A stretch of DNA of 64,000 nucleotides. Origin: Eledone cirrhosa (taxonomy: Eukaryota). The position numbers and the translations under genes were made by a program. The DNA is taken from positions 29,946,001 through 30,010,000 of the forward strand of contig OZ024758.1 of assembly GCA_964016885.1 (NCBI GenBank), read 5' to 3'. Shown here piece after piece: positions 14,384 to 28,419 of this stretch (its first letter is position 1; each line of letters begins with the position of its first letter). The notes under the pieces were generated by a model. The model worked only from the letters and a program-made list of their open reading frames with translations. It searched no databases and had not been told where the DNA came from.

Positions 14384-14901
14384 AAGTATGTTTTGAAACA
14401 GTGAGCGAGTTTGAAATTAGAAAATATATAGCTTTCACCGTATTTTTAACTAAGGGATTTTTAGCTTGATAACGGGGTTTAGAACCCTCAGATAAATGGA
14501 AAAAGATGAGTATTGACGTACATGTACGTCAATACTCATCTTTTTCCATTTATCTGAGGGTTCTAAACCCCGTTATCAAGCTAAAATTTCTTTGGCAACA
14601 TGACCCTCCCAAAGTATAACAATATATATATCATCATCATCATCATCATTTTACGTCCACTTTTCCCTGCTTGCAAGGGTGGGACGGGAACTGATTCTGG
14701 CTTGATTTCTACAGCTGGATGCCCTTCCTAACACCAACCTCATTTACAGTGAGTGCTGAGTGGTGGGTGCTTTTTTGCCGTGGCACCTCCACGGCCACTT
14801 TGCATTGAAATGATAGGGACTCCAGTCCCTATCATCTCATTTCTACAGCTGAGTAAACTGGAGCAATGTGAAATAAAGTGTCTTGCTCAAGGAAACAACA
14901 C

Positions 14902-14952
<51 letters not shown>

Positions 14953-15174
14953 CATACATATATATATATATATATAAAAAAAATATTAAAAAAATAATGA
15001 ATAAAACAATGAAACAGTTCCTTATATTAAACAAAAAAAGTTCATTATTTAACGATCATTTCTGGGATATATATGTGTTAGAATTGGCATGTATATTTAA
15101 CAGATCTATGTACAAAATTATACAAACTATCAAAATTAAATATACATACCAACTCATATATATGCCGTCTTCTG

Positions 15175-15322
15175 ATTATTTCTGAAGACGGCATATATAT
15201 GAGTTGGTATGTATATTTAATTTTGATAGTTTGTATAATTTTGTATAATTTTATACATAGATCTGTTAAATATACATGCCAATTCTAACACATATATATC
15301 CCAGAAACGATCGTTAAATAAT
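15175..15322 (+). ncRNA. Type I hammerhead motif with a ~115-nt stem II
   Basis: attattt CTGAAGA cggcatatatatgagttggtatgtatatttaa...ttaaatatacatgccaattc...catatatatccca GAAAC gatc GTT aaataat. 7-bp stem I, palindromic stem III, GUU triplet. Confidence 0.7.
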
Positions 15323-15568
15323 GAACTTTTTTTGTTTAATATAAGGAACTGTTTCATTGTTTTATTCATTATTTTTTTAATATTTTATCTTGACTCTGTA
15401 TTCCGTTTATCTTTCACCGAAAGTGATTTTTCATTGCATCTCTTCTTTCCATGATATCCGGATTACATTGAGTTCTTCATACGGATTGGACACTACCGTA
15501 AACTCTTGGTAGATTTATCTACATATATATATATATATATACATATATATATGTATATATATATACAC

Positions 15569-15654
<86 letters not shown>

Positions 15655-18176
15655 TGGCAGTGTGAGGCCAGATGTTGGGCTGTTTCAGATATTTCTGACG
15701 TAAGTGGTTGTGGGTTTCATCTGAGAAACTAGCAAGTATGTTGTTTTTCATTAGATAAGAATCTTCTTACAACTCTTTTTAATGTTTAAGTCTGAACTTG
15801 GTGACATAGTTGTGTATCAATGACCATGTCACTTTCTGTGGGTGTCTGCTAAGGTTGATGGTAAACACACCCATAGTGACGTAATGCCTAGACTTTTGCT
15901 TGTTGTTATGAGGTTGTCACTTTAACTGTCTTGGTTGGGTTTTCTGAGCTTTACTCATGTAAAGCAATCAAATTTGCTCCTGCTTGGTTCATTATTAACA
16001 TCAAGTGTATCATCATCCAGGTAGAGCCCCTACTTAGAGAAGTAACGGCTCTACCTGGATAATGATACATCGAAAGATCACAGCTCCAGTACTATGGACA
16101 TGTGGTTAGAATATCTAAGGAAAGGATTCTGGGCAGATTTTATGAGCAAAGCCAACTGGCCTAAAGTATAAATCTAAGTTTAAAGTCTGTCTTAAGCTAG
16201 ATAGCTCGTTAGGCCAGTGCTTATCTCGGTTTAATGGCGTGAAGCGACTGAGGGTACAAGACTTCCCTCTGGACAAGACACAGGGTTAAACCCCCAGCTA
16301 TTGCTGGTACTCATTTTCGGCTGAGTATACTGGAGCAACGTGATATGAACATGCAACCCAGCCCAGGAATCAAACCCACAACATTATCATCATAAGTTCA
16401 ACACCCTTACCAGTAGGCCACACACCTCCACAAAAGCCAACTGGCAGAAGACCCAAAGGTAGACCATGAGCAAGATGGTTGGAATACTTCCATAAGCTCA
16501 GTTGGTTTTGTTTGGAATATCTCTGGATCATTTGGAGATAATTGCTTCTGATAAGACCCTCTGGAACATGTGTCTGCAAACTCTACCCCCACAACACAAA
16601 GGTGTAGGGCACTGGATTGGCAGTCATTAAAGGGTCAGACAAATTGTTAACAGTATTTGTTCACACTCTTTAAATTGGGAGTTTAAATCCTGTTGAAGTC
16701 AACTTTGCCTTTCATCCTTCATGGGTCGATGGTTGCTGGCGTTGTGCCTAAATTTGAAACTATTGTTACTATCAGGTATGTTTTTATACAATGGTAGACA
16801 TATTTTACCGATTCTGCCAATCAGGTAAAATAATGGTTTCTTATTTAGACACAGGGCTAGCAATTTTGGGGGAGGAGAATGTCGATTAAATCGACCCCAG
16901 TGCATTACTGGTGCTTTATTTTACCGGCCTCATAAGGATGAAAGGCAAAGCTAACCCCGATAGGATTTGAACTCAGAACGTAAAGGGCCATAACTGACGC
17001 TCTACCGATTCTGCCAATCCAGTAAAATAATAATAAATAATTCATATTACAGTTACATACACACCACACTACATACTTATTAATTAACAAGATGGAATGT
17101 AAATGATATAACATTCTGCTGTTGTAATTAAGCTAGAGATTAATTTTCTAAATTCAGTTTTCCACTAATTGTAAAGTATTAACAATTTCTTTTTAATTAC
17201 TTTCTTTCCTATTGATTATCCTATTATGTCTACATAAGACCCAGGCATGGTTTTCGCTTCAGTATATTTTATATCCATTTAGTTAATTTAGCTGGCAATC
17301 AATGTTTATCATTGATTGACCAATAATGAAGGCACATGGCTTAGTGGTTAGAGCATTGGCCTTGCAATCGAAAGGTTGTGAGTTCAATTCTCAGACTGGG
17401 TAATGTGTTGTTTCCTTGAGCAAGACACTTTATTTCACATTGCTCCAGTTTACTCAGCTGTAGAAATGAGATGATAGGGACTGGGGTCCCTATCATTTCA
17501 CTGCAAAGTGGTCGTGTAGGTTGGTGTTAGGAAGGGCATCCAGCTGTAGAAATCAAGCCAGAATCAGTTCCTGTATGAGCAAGACAAAGTCAGCCGACCG
17601 GATACTGCCCACAACAGGACAACCCGTCTAACCCATGCTAGCATGGAAGAACGGACGTAAAACGGTGATGAGGATGATGATGATATATATATATATAGTC
17701 TCAGAGTTCTTTCATCACACACCTATGACATAAGTTATTATGTTTCCTTCCGTTATCTTGCTGTAATGTTTACTTCTATTTTATTTATATATTCTTGTTT
17801 CTGTTTGTGCATGTGTCTGTGTGTGTGTTTTCTGTTTCGTGTCTGAGTCTGTGTGTTTGTATTCTATCTTTGGTCACTAGTGTGTGTTTATATGTGGTTG
17901 TTGTTATTGTATCTGTGTATTTATCTTAGGTCACTATTGTGTGTTTTCACATTTTCTGTTCAGCTTCAGTTTTCTTAGTTCTATTTCAGTTGCTTCTCTA
18001 ATTTAACTAGTTTATTTATGAGAAATTTGTAATAAATTGAGTTGTATGTTGTATGACCAGTTTAATACAGTTAAATAGAGAAACAAAATGGATAGTCTAT
18101 TAATCAACATCTGACAAAAATGAAGTAAATCTGACCATAAACTGTTGCTATTCAATTATTTGTAATCTGTTTAGCC

Positions 18177-18441
18177 CACTGATTCCCAACTTTTTTTGCT
18201 CCATGCCCCACCTCAACATCTAAAATATGTTTATGTCCCTATTTGATATAAAGACAAACTGAGTTTGTTCAAAATCAACTTCAAGTGTAAACAAACTGCT
18301 TGTAGGTGCTGCCAGATACACGATAACATGTGTAGACCAAGTGTAACTGGAAGTTTGGTCATATTATATCACTTTCGAATTGCCCCACTTTATATTCAAA
18401 TTGCCCCCCTATGGGGCTTGCTCCCACATTGGGAATCACTG
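18177..18441. mobile_element. hAT-like MITE
   Basis: TIR cactgattcccaa / ttgggaatcactg and 8-bp TSD gtttagcc. Confidence 0.8.
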
Positions 18442-20046
18442 GTTTAGCCCTTTAGCTTCTAAATTACTCTATATATACTATTGTATTTTTGTGGCAAAGG
18501 CTTTATCTTACTCAGTTATTTCACATAATATCAAATTTACTAGATTTTGATATTTATTTTGCGAACAATATCTTAACATCTGTATGAGCAGCCAGTTATG
18601 TCCAGTTTGAACAGAAAGAGGTGAGAGAATTCTTGCCGGATACAGCCAGTATTTAAATCGGTATTTAGCATTTAAATCGGCCATATCTGGCCAACATTCT
18701 CTCCCCTCTTTCTGTTCAAACTGGCTGTAACTGGTCGCTCCTACTGATGTTAAGGTATTGTTCTCAAAATAGATAATATCAAAATCTCGTAGATTCGATA
18801 TTATGTGAGGTAAAGCCTTTACCACAAAAATAAAAGAGTAAATATAGAGTAATGTAAATGCTAAAGGGTTAATTTAAAATGTATTGGATTGCAGAAGTAT
18901 TCTGATTATTAGTTCTGAACCTGGGGTAAAATTGTTCATTCTGGATTTGAACTTTTTTTTTTCAATATCTCGTGACTAACTCAATTGTTCAATCAATCAT
19001 GTTGAAACAGTATATACGTGCAGCCAAGGTCATAACCAACACAGCTATATACACATCTATATACACACCTATAGACAGATGTGTTACCATGTCGTACATA
19101 AAATCAGTACCCTTATTTTGGGGACAAACCTCGTTAGTTAAAAACAATTTGAAATTAAGAAAAAATCTGAAGTAAGCTAGTTGTGTTTACTAAAATACTA
19201 ATTTGTTTTCTTTCAATCGTTTCGGACTTAACGATCTGTATTTTATACTTCTTAATTACTATTGCCAATGTAATAGTCCAATTCAGATGTGAATAACTCT
19301 TTTAAGAAATGAAAGACAAAGTAGAAAAAAAAATACCAAGATGGCCGAATGATTGTCAGACATTTTCTTTATTCCTCTCTCTTTTGTTGGATTATATATT
19401 ATAGCAAATGGTGGCGAATTGGCAGAGTCGTTAGAATGCTTCATGGTATTCGTTCTGGCTCTCAGCTCTCTGAGTGCAAATTCTGCTGAAGTCAACTTTG
19501 CTTTTCATCCTTTCGTAAAAAAAATACCAGTCAAGTACTGGGGTTGATTCTTCCTCTATATCTCTTTCTCATTTCCCCTCTCTCACTTTCTATCTTTCTC
19601 TGGAAGAAATCTGGTCTACTCAGGCCTGGAGAAGGAAGGGCTCTACCAGGCTTAATATGCCCATGAAACATTGCATGCAAACGTTGATAGCAAACATTTA
19701 AAAAACTGGACCAAACAAGGTGGGGGGGGGGGGGGTATATTTACTTTAGAAACATTTCTACAGAGATTATCATCATCATCATCACCATTTAATGTCCATT
19801 TTTCCACACTAGCATGGGTTAGATGAGTTGTCCCTTTGGGACAAACCAGATCAAATGATTCTGTCTTGGGCACTTTTTTCATAACATGAACATGATCACA
19901 TTACAGTCACCAACACAACCACTGGGGGCAAGGGCTGGTGATATAAGGGCGGGGATGAAGGGTGGGGTGTTAGAACGAGGTGTATGGAAGAACCCTACAG
20001 TATTTGGTTTGCCTTACATATTCAGTTGTTGTGATATAGTCTTTAG

Positions 20047-21625
20047 CAGAGGTTCTCAGAGGGCACTACTGCCCCTGGGGGGGGGGGCATTGAGAAGGTC
20101 CAGTGGGCGCTGGGGCCTAAAGGGACAGTGGGTGGCAGTAGACATGATATAATAGTATATTAAATATCAAATGATGCATATTATATATAGAGTAAAATAT
20201 AAAATTATATTATTTATTTATACATAGTATATATTATATTATTTATTTATACATAGTATATATTATATATTTATTTATACATAGTATATATTATATTATT
20301 TATTTATACATAGTATATATTATATTATTTATTTATACATAGTATATATTATATATTTATTTATACATAGTATATATTATATTATTTATTTATACATAGT
20401 ATATATTATATTATTTATTTATACATAGTATATATTATATATTTATTTATACATAGTATATATTATATTATTTATTTATACATAGTATATATTATATATT
20501 TATTTATACATAGTATATATTATATTATTTATTTATACATAGTATATATTATATTATTTATTTATACATAGTATATATTATATATTTATTTATACATAGT
20601 ATATATTATATTATTTATTTATACATAGTATATATTATATATTTATTTATACATAGTATATATTATATATTTATTTATACATAGTATATATTATATTATT
20701 TATTTATACATAGTATATATTATATTATTTATTTATACATAGTATATATTATATATTTATTTATACATAGTATATATTATATTATTTATTTATACATAGT
20801 ATATATTATATATTTATTTATACATAGTATATATTATATTATTTATTTATACATAGTATATATTATATATTTATTTATACATAGTATATATTATATTATT
20901 TATTTATACATAGTATATATTATATTATTTATTTATACATAGTATATATTATATATTTATTTATACATAGTATATATTATATTATTTATTTATACATAGT
21001 ATATATTATATATTTATTTATACATAGTATATATTATATTATTTATTTATACATAGTATATATTATATTATTTATTTATACATAGTATATATTATATATT
21101 TATTTATACATAGTATATATTATATTATTTATTTATACATAGTATATATTATATATTTATTTATACATAGTATATATTATATATTTATTTATACATAGTA
21201 TATATTATATATTTATTTATACATAGTATATATTATATTATTTATTTATACATAGTATATATTATATATTTATTTATACATAGTATATATTATATTATTT
21301 ATTATATATAAATTAATGAATTTATTTATTATATATTATTTACATTGGCAGTATCGGTAGAGGGTCGGACGCCATGCTTTCCAGCAGAGTTACGTCCCTT
21401 TACGATCTGAGTTCAAATCCCGCCGAGGTTGACCTTGTCTTTCATCCTTACGGAGTCGATAAAATAAAGTACCAGTAATGTACTGGGTGATTGCTGGCCT
21501 TGTGCCTAAAGTAGAAACAATTATTTACAATTTGCATGTAGGCAGGTCTCTCTGGAAATAGGGTAGGGTGGGGGGTGCTGGGGGTATTACATGGCCGTGA
21601 GGGTGGGAAGGGACAAAAACCTCTG
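20047..21625. mobile_element. Same MITE family, expanded by an internal ~26-28-bp AT-rich minisatellite (20200-21305) and a SINE insertion (21347-21520)
   Basis: Ends cagaggttctc / aacctctg, and the internal sequence matches 1272-1608 in reverse. Confidence 0.8.
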
Positions 21626-22161
21626 GCATAAAGCATTTAGTACAGGGCCCCTAAAAATACAGGGCCCTAGTTATTACCTAGTTATGGCATAATTATTACA
21701 CCGGTGCATGGAATAATATGATTTCTACTTTAGGCACAAGTTCAGCAATTTTGGGAAAGAGGAAAGTTGATGAAATCGACCTCAGTGCATGACTGGTACT
21801 TTTTTTATTGACCCTATAAGGATGAAAGGCAAAGCTAACCTTAGCGGGATTTGAACTCAGAATGTAAAGGGCCGTAATTCTATGTTGCAAATCATGTTGT
21901 CTGACACTCAACCGATACTGCCAATCCATTACATGGAATAATATAATAGGTGTAAAGCACTGTATCATCACATCACTGCTGCTACTTTTGGGTAACCAAA
22001 CATATGCTTCATAGCTTTATATAACAGGAGCACTCATTCTCTAGATTTATCTTTAGTATAGTTATAGTTTATTATTAGCATTCACTTATTAGTTCCTACT
22101 TAGCCTACATTTAACTGAAGCCACCCACATGAGGTAAAAACAGTGTTTTAATTATTTATTA

Positions 22162-22779
22162 CTAGCAGTGGTACCCGGCATTGCACGGGATAAGGTATTT
22201 TGGAAGGCGGGCCGCCAACAGACCTAATCGTGGAAAACTGCATGCCTGGACAATATGTAAAGAAAATAAACCGAATACTCTGATGACTGGATAATCTTTA
22301 AGATTTTCCTCGATGAAGCAGGAAAAATGCAGGTTTTCACCTAATGTGGGCCCTAGGGGATCAAGAAAATGAATTTTTTTCATGTGCATAATATGCCTTG
22401 AAATTTCGGGAAGACGTAACGCCTCAAAATATCCCTAAAAGCTGAAAAAATGAAGTTTTCACCTAATGCGGATCCTAGGCCATAAAAAAAGTTGGATTTT
22501 CTTTGCTTACGGTATGAAGAAGAGACTGACTAATACATAGTTACAATTTCAAGGAAATCGGTCTGACGTAATGCATAAAAAAAAACCCTAAAAAGCTGAA
22601 GAAAAAAACGCAGTTTTTCACCTAATGCGGGCCCTAGGGGATCAAAATGTTGCATAACACTCCCTGAAACATAAGTAATACACATGTAAAGTTTGAAAAA
22701 AATCGGTTGGGTACTTCTTGAGTTTTAGGGATTCAAACTCTCACACAGACAGACAACCTGAGTTTTATATAAATACAGA
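22162..22779 (-). mobile_element. Non-autonomous Helitron
   Basis: On the - strand it starts TC and ends with the hairpin cccgtgcaatgccggg followed by CTAG. Inserted between A and T with no TSD. Confidence 0.8.
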
Positions 22780-23054
22780 TTACTGGGATATGAAGGGCTG
22801 TGGATTGGCAGTATCAGGAGTGCATCAGACAACATGCTTTGTGCCATAGAGTTATGCCCTTTATGTTCTGAATTCAAATCCCGCCGAGGCCAATTTTGCT
22901 TTTCATCCTTACGGGGTCGATAAAATAAAGTACCAGTAATGCACTGGGGTTGATTTAATCAAATTTTTCCTCCCTCCAAATTATTGGCCTTGTGCCTAAA
23001 TCATAAACCACTAATACTGGGATATGAAGGAAAACATTGTACAATAGAGGTGGC

Positions 23055-25150
23055 ATTGGTACATGACTGTAAGAAACTAGTAAGCCAAGCAATCACATTG
23101 GTATATGACTATAAGAAACTAGTAAGCCAAGCAATCACATTGGTACATGACTATAAGAAACTACTAAGCCAAGCAATCACATTGGTACATGACTGTAAGA
23201 AACTAGTAAGCCAAGCAATCACATTGGTACATGACTATAAGAAACTAGTAAGCCAAGTAATCACATTGGTACATGACTATAAGAAACTAGTAAGCCAAGC
23301 AATCACATTGGTACATGACTATAAGAAACTAGTAAGCCAAGTAATCACATTGGTACATGACTATAAGAAACTAGTGAGCCAAGTAATCACATTGGTACAT
23401 GACTGTAAGAAACTAGTAAGCCAAGCAATCATATTTGTACATGACTGTAAGAAACTAGTAAGCCAAGCAATCACATTGGTACATGATTATAAGAAACTAG
23501 TAAGCCAAGCAATCACATTGGTACATGACTGTAAGAAACTAGTAAGCCAAGCAATCACATTGGTACATGACTATAAGAAACTAGTAAGCCAAGCAATCAC
23601 ATTGGTACATGACTGTAAGAAACTAGTAAGCCAAGCAATCACATTGGTACATGACTGTAAGAAACTAGTAAGCCAAGCAATCACATTGGTACATGACTAT
23701 AAGAAACTAGTAAGCCAAGCAATCACATTGGTACATGACTGTAAGAAACTAGTAAGCCAAGCAATTACATTGGTACATGACTGTAAGAAACTAGTAAGCC
23801 AAGCAATCACATTGGTACATGACTATAAGAAACTAGTAAGCCAAGCAATCACATTGGTACATGACTATAAGAAACTAGTAAGCCAAGTAATCACATTGGT
23901 ACATGACTATAAGAAACTAGTAAGCCAAGCAATCACATTGGTACATGATTATAAGAAACTAGTAAGCCAAGCAATCACATTGGTACATGACTATAAGAAA
24001 CTAGTAAGCCAAGCAATCACATTGGTACATGACTATAAGAAACTAGTAAGCCAAGCAATCACATTGGTACATGACTATAAGAAACTAGTAAGCCAAGTAA
24101 TCACATTGGTACATGACTATAAGAAACTAGTAAGCCAAGTAATCACATTGGTACATGACTGTAAGAAACTAGTAAGCCAATCAATCATATTGGTACATGA
24201 CTATAAGAAACTAGTAAGCCAAGCAATCATATTTGTACATGACTGTAAGAAACTAGTAAGCCAAGCAATCACATTGGTACATGATTATAAGAAACTAGTA
24301 AGCCAAGCAATCACATTGGTACATGACTAAGAAACTAGTAAGCCAATCAATCACATTGGTACATGACTATAAGAAACTAGTAAGCCAAGCAATCACATTG
24401 GTACATGACTGTAAGAAACTAGTAAGCCAAGCAATCACATTGGTACATGACTGTAAGAAACTAGTAAGCCAAGCAATCACATTGGTACATGACTATAAGA
24501 AACTAGTAAGCCAAGCAATCACATTGGTACATGACTGTAAGAAACTAGTAAGCCAAGCAATCACATTGGTACATGACTGTAAGAAACTAGTAAGCCAAGC
24601 AATCACATTGGTACATGACTATAAGAAACTAGTAAGCCAAGCAATCACATTGGTACATGACTAAGAAACTAGTAAGCCAAGCAATCACATTGGTACATGA
24701 CTGTAAGAAACTAGTAAGCCAAGCAATCACATTGGTACATGACTGTAAGAAACTAGTAAGCCAAGCAATCACATTGGTACATGACTATAAGAAACTAGTA
24801 AGCCAAGCAATCACATTGGTACATGACTGTAAGAAACTAGTAAGCCAAGCAATCACATTGGTGCATGACTAAGAAACTAGTAAGCCAAGCAATCACATTG
24901 GTACATGACTATAAGAAACTAGTAAGCCAAGCAATCACATTGGTACATGACTGTAAGAAACTAGTAAGCCAAGCAATCACATTGGTACATGACTATAAGA
25001 AACTAGTAAGCCAAGCAATCACATTGGTACATGATTATAAGAAACTAGTAAGCCAAGCAATCACATTGGTACATGACTATAAGAAACTAGTAAGCCAAGC
25101 AATTACATTGGTACATGACTATAAGAAACTAGTAAGCCAAGCAATCACAT
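23055..25150. repeat. 42-bp minisatellite, ~50 copies
   Basis: Unit gcaatcacattggtacatgact(a/g)taagaaactagtaagccaa, with occasional 40-bp variants. Confidence 0.97.
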
Positions 25151-26161
25151 TTTCCCTGTACAACCTTTTAGTTTTTTGTACATTAAACAATCTTATATAG
25201 AATGATTATAAGAAACTAAACAGTTATACTACTACAAACTGTAGTAGTTCTAACTTTTCACAGTAAACCCCTAAAAATAGTTATCTTATCACTGCTGATT
25301 GTTCCCTAATTTCTCAGATATTCCAACAAGGTAAAATATTATAGAGGGTCGGCCAGTGAAAGGCTGAGGTAACGGCACTTCCTATTCTTGTCTAGCCAGA
25401 CCATCCTATATTTTCTTTCTTTTGTTCAACACGCTGACATATATGTCTGTGTGTGTGTGTATGTGTATATGCATACATTTATATGTATGCATATATAAAT
25501 ATAAACACGCAAACACAGACCAACTTACAATAATACTCACTCAGACATACATTCATACAAATACACACATACATTCACACGCACACACATACATACACAC
25601 TTACACTGCATAACAAATAGAACAAATAGTAGTATGAGGTAGTCAAACTACCCCTCTCTCTTTATGTGTTGTGACAGAATCGCAGAAATTTATCTATAGA
25701 TTCTTGTTATTTCATATAGTGTATGTGTCTAGGACATTATCTAAGGTGTCATACCTTTCTTTTAAGATAATAGGGTCTGTTTAGAGGAAGATTTAACTGT
25801 TATTTCTAGTAAGCCAAGCAATCGCCTATTGTTAGCAGTACCACATGAATACATTTTTGCTTGTGACAAGGTCTGTTTCATTTCAGTTGTATTCCAGTGT
25901 TGTGGCAGTAGTGTGCTGAGTGTAAATAGATTTAAAAAGGTCAAAGTCAGTGTTGCAGCATATGTACAAACTTTATTGTCATATTACAATTGTTTCAATA
26001 CTGATCAGCTCAGGGTACAATGAAGGTCATGTAGCCCAAATCTTTTCGACATCTCATCAGATATGCGAATTTATATGTAAAGACACAATTTGTCGAAACA
26101 ATTGTAATATGCAAATTAAGTTTGTGCATCTCTTGTAACACTGACTTTAACTCTTTTAAAT

Positions 26162-26207
<46 letters not shown>

Positions 26208-26357
26208 AAAATTTCGCTCTGTTCACATGCCAACACAAGGGTAAGAATGAAGTGTTCATTCTGCTGACATGGCTATAAATATAAAATTGAGGCTTGTTTG
26301 CATAATTGCAAATGAATTGAATGTTATTATTAATATTCGAAAAACTCAGATTACATT

Positions 26358-26405
<48 letters not shown>

Positions 26406-26556
26406 TAAAATAACAGATTGAAGTTTAAGCAAAGAATCGCTGCTTTCACCCTTAACAGGATCTTCTGAAATATTTGCTCTACGGTTCTTATATATTTGAT
26501 ATATATTTATCCTTATCGAGCCCTCTTTGGATTTTAGTCTTCAAATTTATTATTAT

Positions 26557-26591
<35 letters not shown>

Positions 26592-27149
26592 CATCATCAT
26601 CATCATCACCGTTTTACGTCCGTTCTTCTACGCTAGCATGGGTTAGACGGGTTGTCCTGTTGTGGGCAGTGTCCAGTCGGCTGACCTTGTCTTGCTCATG
26701 CAGGAACTGATTCTGGCTTGATTTCTACAGCTGGATGCCCTTCCTAACACCAACCTCATTTACAGTGAGTGCTGGGTGCTTTTTTTCCATGGCCCCTACA
26801 CGTCTACTTTACAGTGTGGCTTGGGTGCTTTTGCAATGGAATGATAGGGACCCCACTCCCTATCATCTCATTTCTACAGCTGAGTAAACTGGAGCAACGT
26901 GAAATAAAGTGTCTTGCTCAAGGAAACAACACATCACCCGGTCTGAGAATTGAACTCACAACCTTTCGATTGCAAGGCCAATGCTCTAACCACTAAGCCA
27001 TGTGCCTGTATATATATATATATTTATATGTATACAGGATATTTGTAGATAAAAGGTCAAGGGAAACAATGATCAATCTACTGCAAGTGAGCTTATCTTG
27101 TATATTTAATATTTCATACACTTAACATGTGCAACACAATATTGTCCTA

Positions 27150-27234
27150 GCGCCCGATAAAGGGTCAGCATTGAAACAGTTCTTCCACTATATAGTGGTG
27201 GCCATAACTGGACCCCTGAAACCTAAGGTTGCGC
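27150..27234 (+). ncRNA. Degenerate hammerhead motif
   Basis: gcgc CCGATAA agggtcag...ctggacccct GAAAC ctaag GTT gcgc. The core has two substitutions relative to CUGAUGA, so it is probably inactive. Confidence 0.5.
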
Positions 27235-28419
27235 ATACATGTTAAGTGTATGAAAATTTAATTATACTGTATATAGGTAAGTTTGTTTTGAAACAGTGAG
27301 TGGAGTTTGAAATTTAGTAGTAATAGAAGCGCTGTATTTTTGACTAAAGAAATTTTAACCTGACAGTGAGGTTTAAAACCCTCTAAAAATGGAAAAGGAT
27401 GGGTATTGACGTACAATGCAATGAAATACCAATGACCGTTGGCAAATCACTGATGAGGGACTCATTTTATAACATGTTATCCATGTGCAACCATACAGTA
27501 TTCTTCTCCCCATATTTTTCACATATATATATATATATATATATATAAGTAAAATTCAAAACATATTTCTGTTGGTAATCTATATTATTCTGCATGTTGT
27601 GATATATATTTGCATGTTAAGCTTTTAACAACCTTAACTATGGAGGGAAATTGAAAACTTAATTAAACAATTTTATGAAAATGTATAAACATATGCCTAA
27701 ATGTAGAAATAAGAACATTCTTGTAAGTTATCTATAAATGTGACTGTGTGTGCACATACATATTCAACGCACATTTCTGTAGTGGGTGCAACCTATGATG
27801 ACAATAAGAAAGGAAGTCTTAAAAATAGTATTGAATGTTTACGATAAACTACAAATATTTTTGAATTTCAACATGTCTCAAATTTTCTTCCTTCACCAAT
27901 TCCAACCATGACAGCAAATTAGCAGTCATTTTTGCTAACATCCAGACCAGTGTTTCTCAAAGTAGGGTGTAGCCATATTTTGTTGGAGCATATATATATA
28001 TATATGTGTATGTATGCATATGTCTGTTTGTATGTACCTATGTACCTGCAACTCTTGACATAGTTGTAGAGGTGCTGTATTAACATATGACATTTCTTAG
28101 GGCATTTTAAATCTAGCAGAGCCCAACCCTCTCTAGGTCTGAATACAGCTGATTTCTTCCCGAGAAAGATAGAGGGAGAACGGTAGAGAGGAAATGAGAA
28201 AAGTACTATTTTTTTATCAACCTCGAAAGGATGAAAGGCAAAGTTGACCTCGGCAGGATTTGAACTCGGAGAGCTGAATAAATACCACAAAACATTCTAA
28301 TGACTCTACTAATTCACCACCTCAGTCCAGAATATATCTGGACCTTTAGCCCAAAATATATGTATAAGCAAATATAAAGCAATGATTTACATGTGTATAT
28401 GCATACAGTGTGACTTCTT

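Noticed and set aside
22984-25200. 448-aa and shorter ORFs of LVHDYKKLVSQAIT repeats, or a CRISPR-like array
   Set aside because: A 42-bp minisatellite that happens to be stop-free in one frame. It has frameshifting 40-bp units, starts in a SINE, and has no unique spacers or cas genes.
26030-26070. Minus-strand CTGATGA-gatgtc-GAAA hammerhead-like string
   Set aside because: Stem II is too short and stems I and III do not form.
27450-27500. CTGATGAG core (also at 12991 and 22280)
   Set aside because: No matching GAAAC, stem III or stem I downstream.
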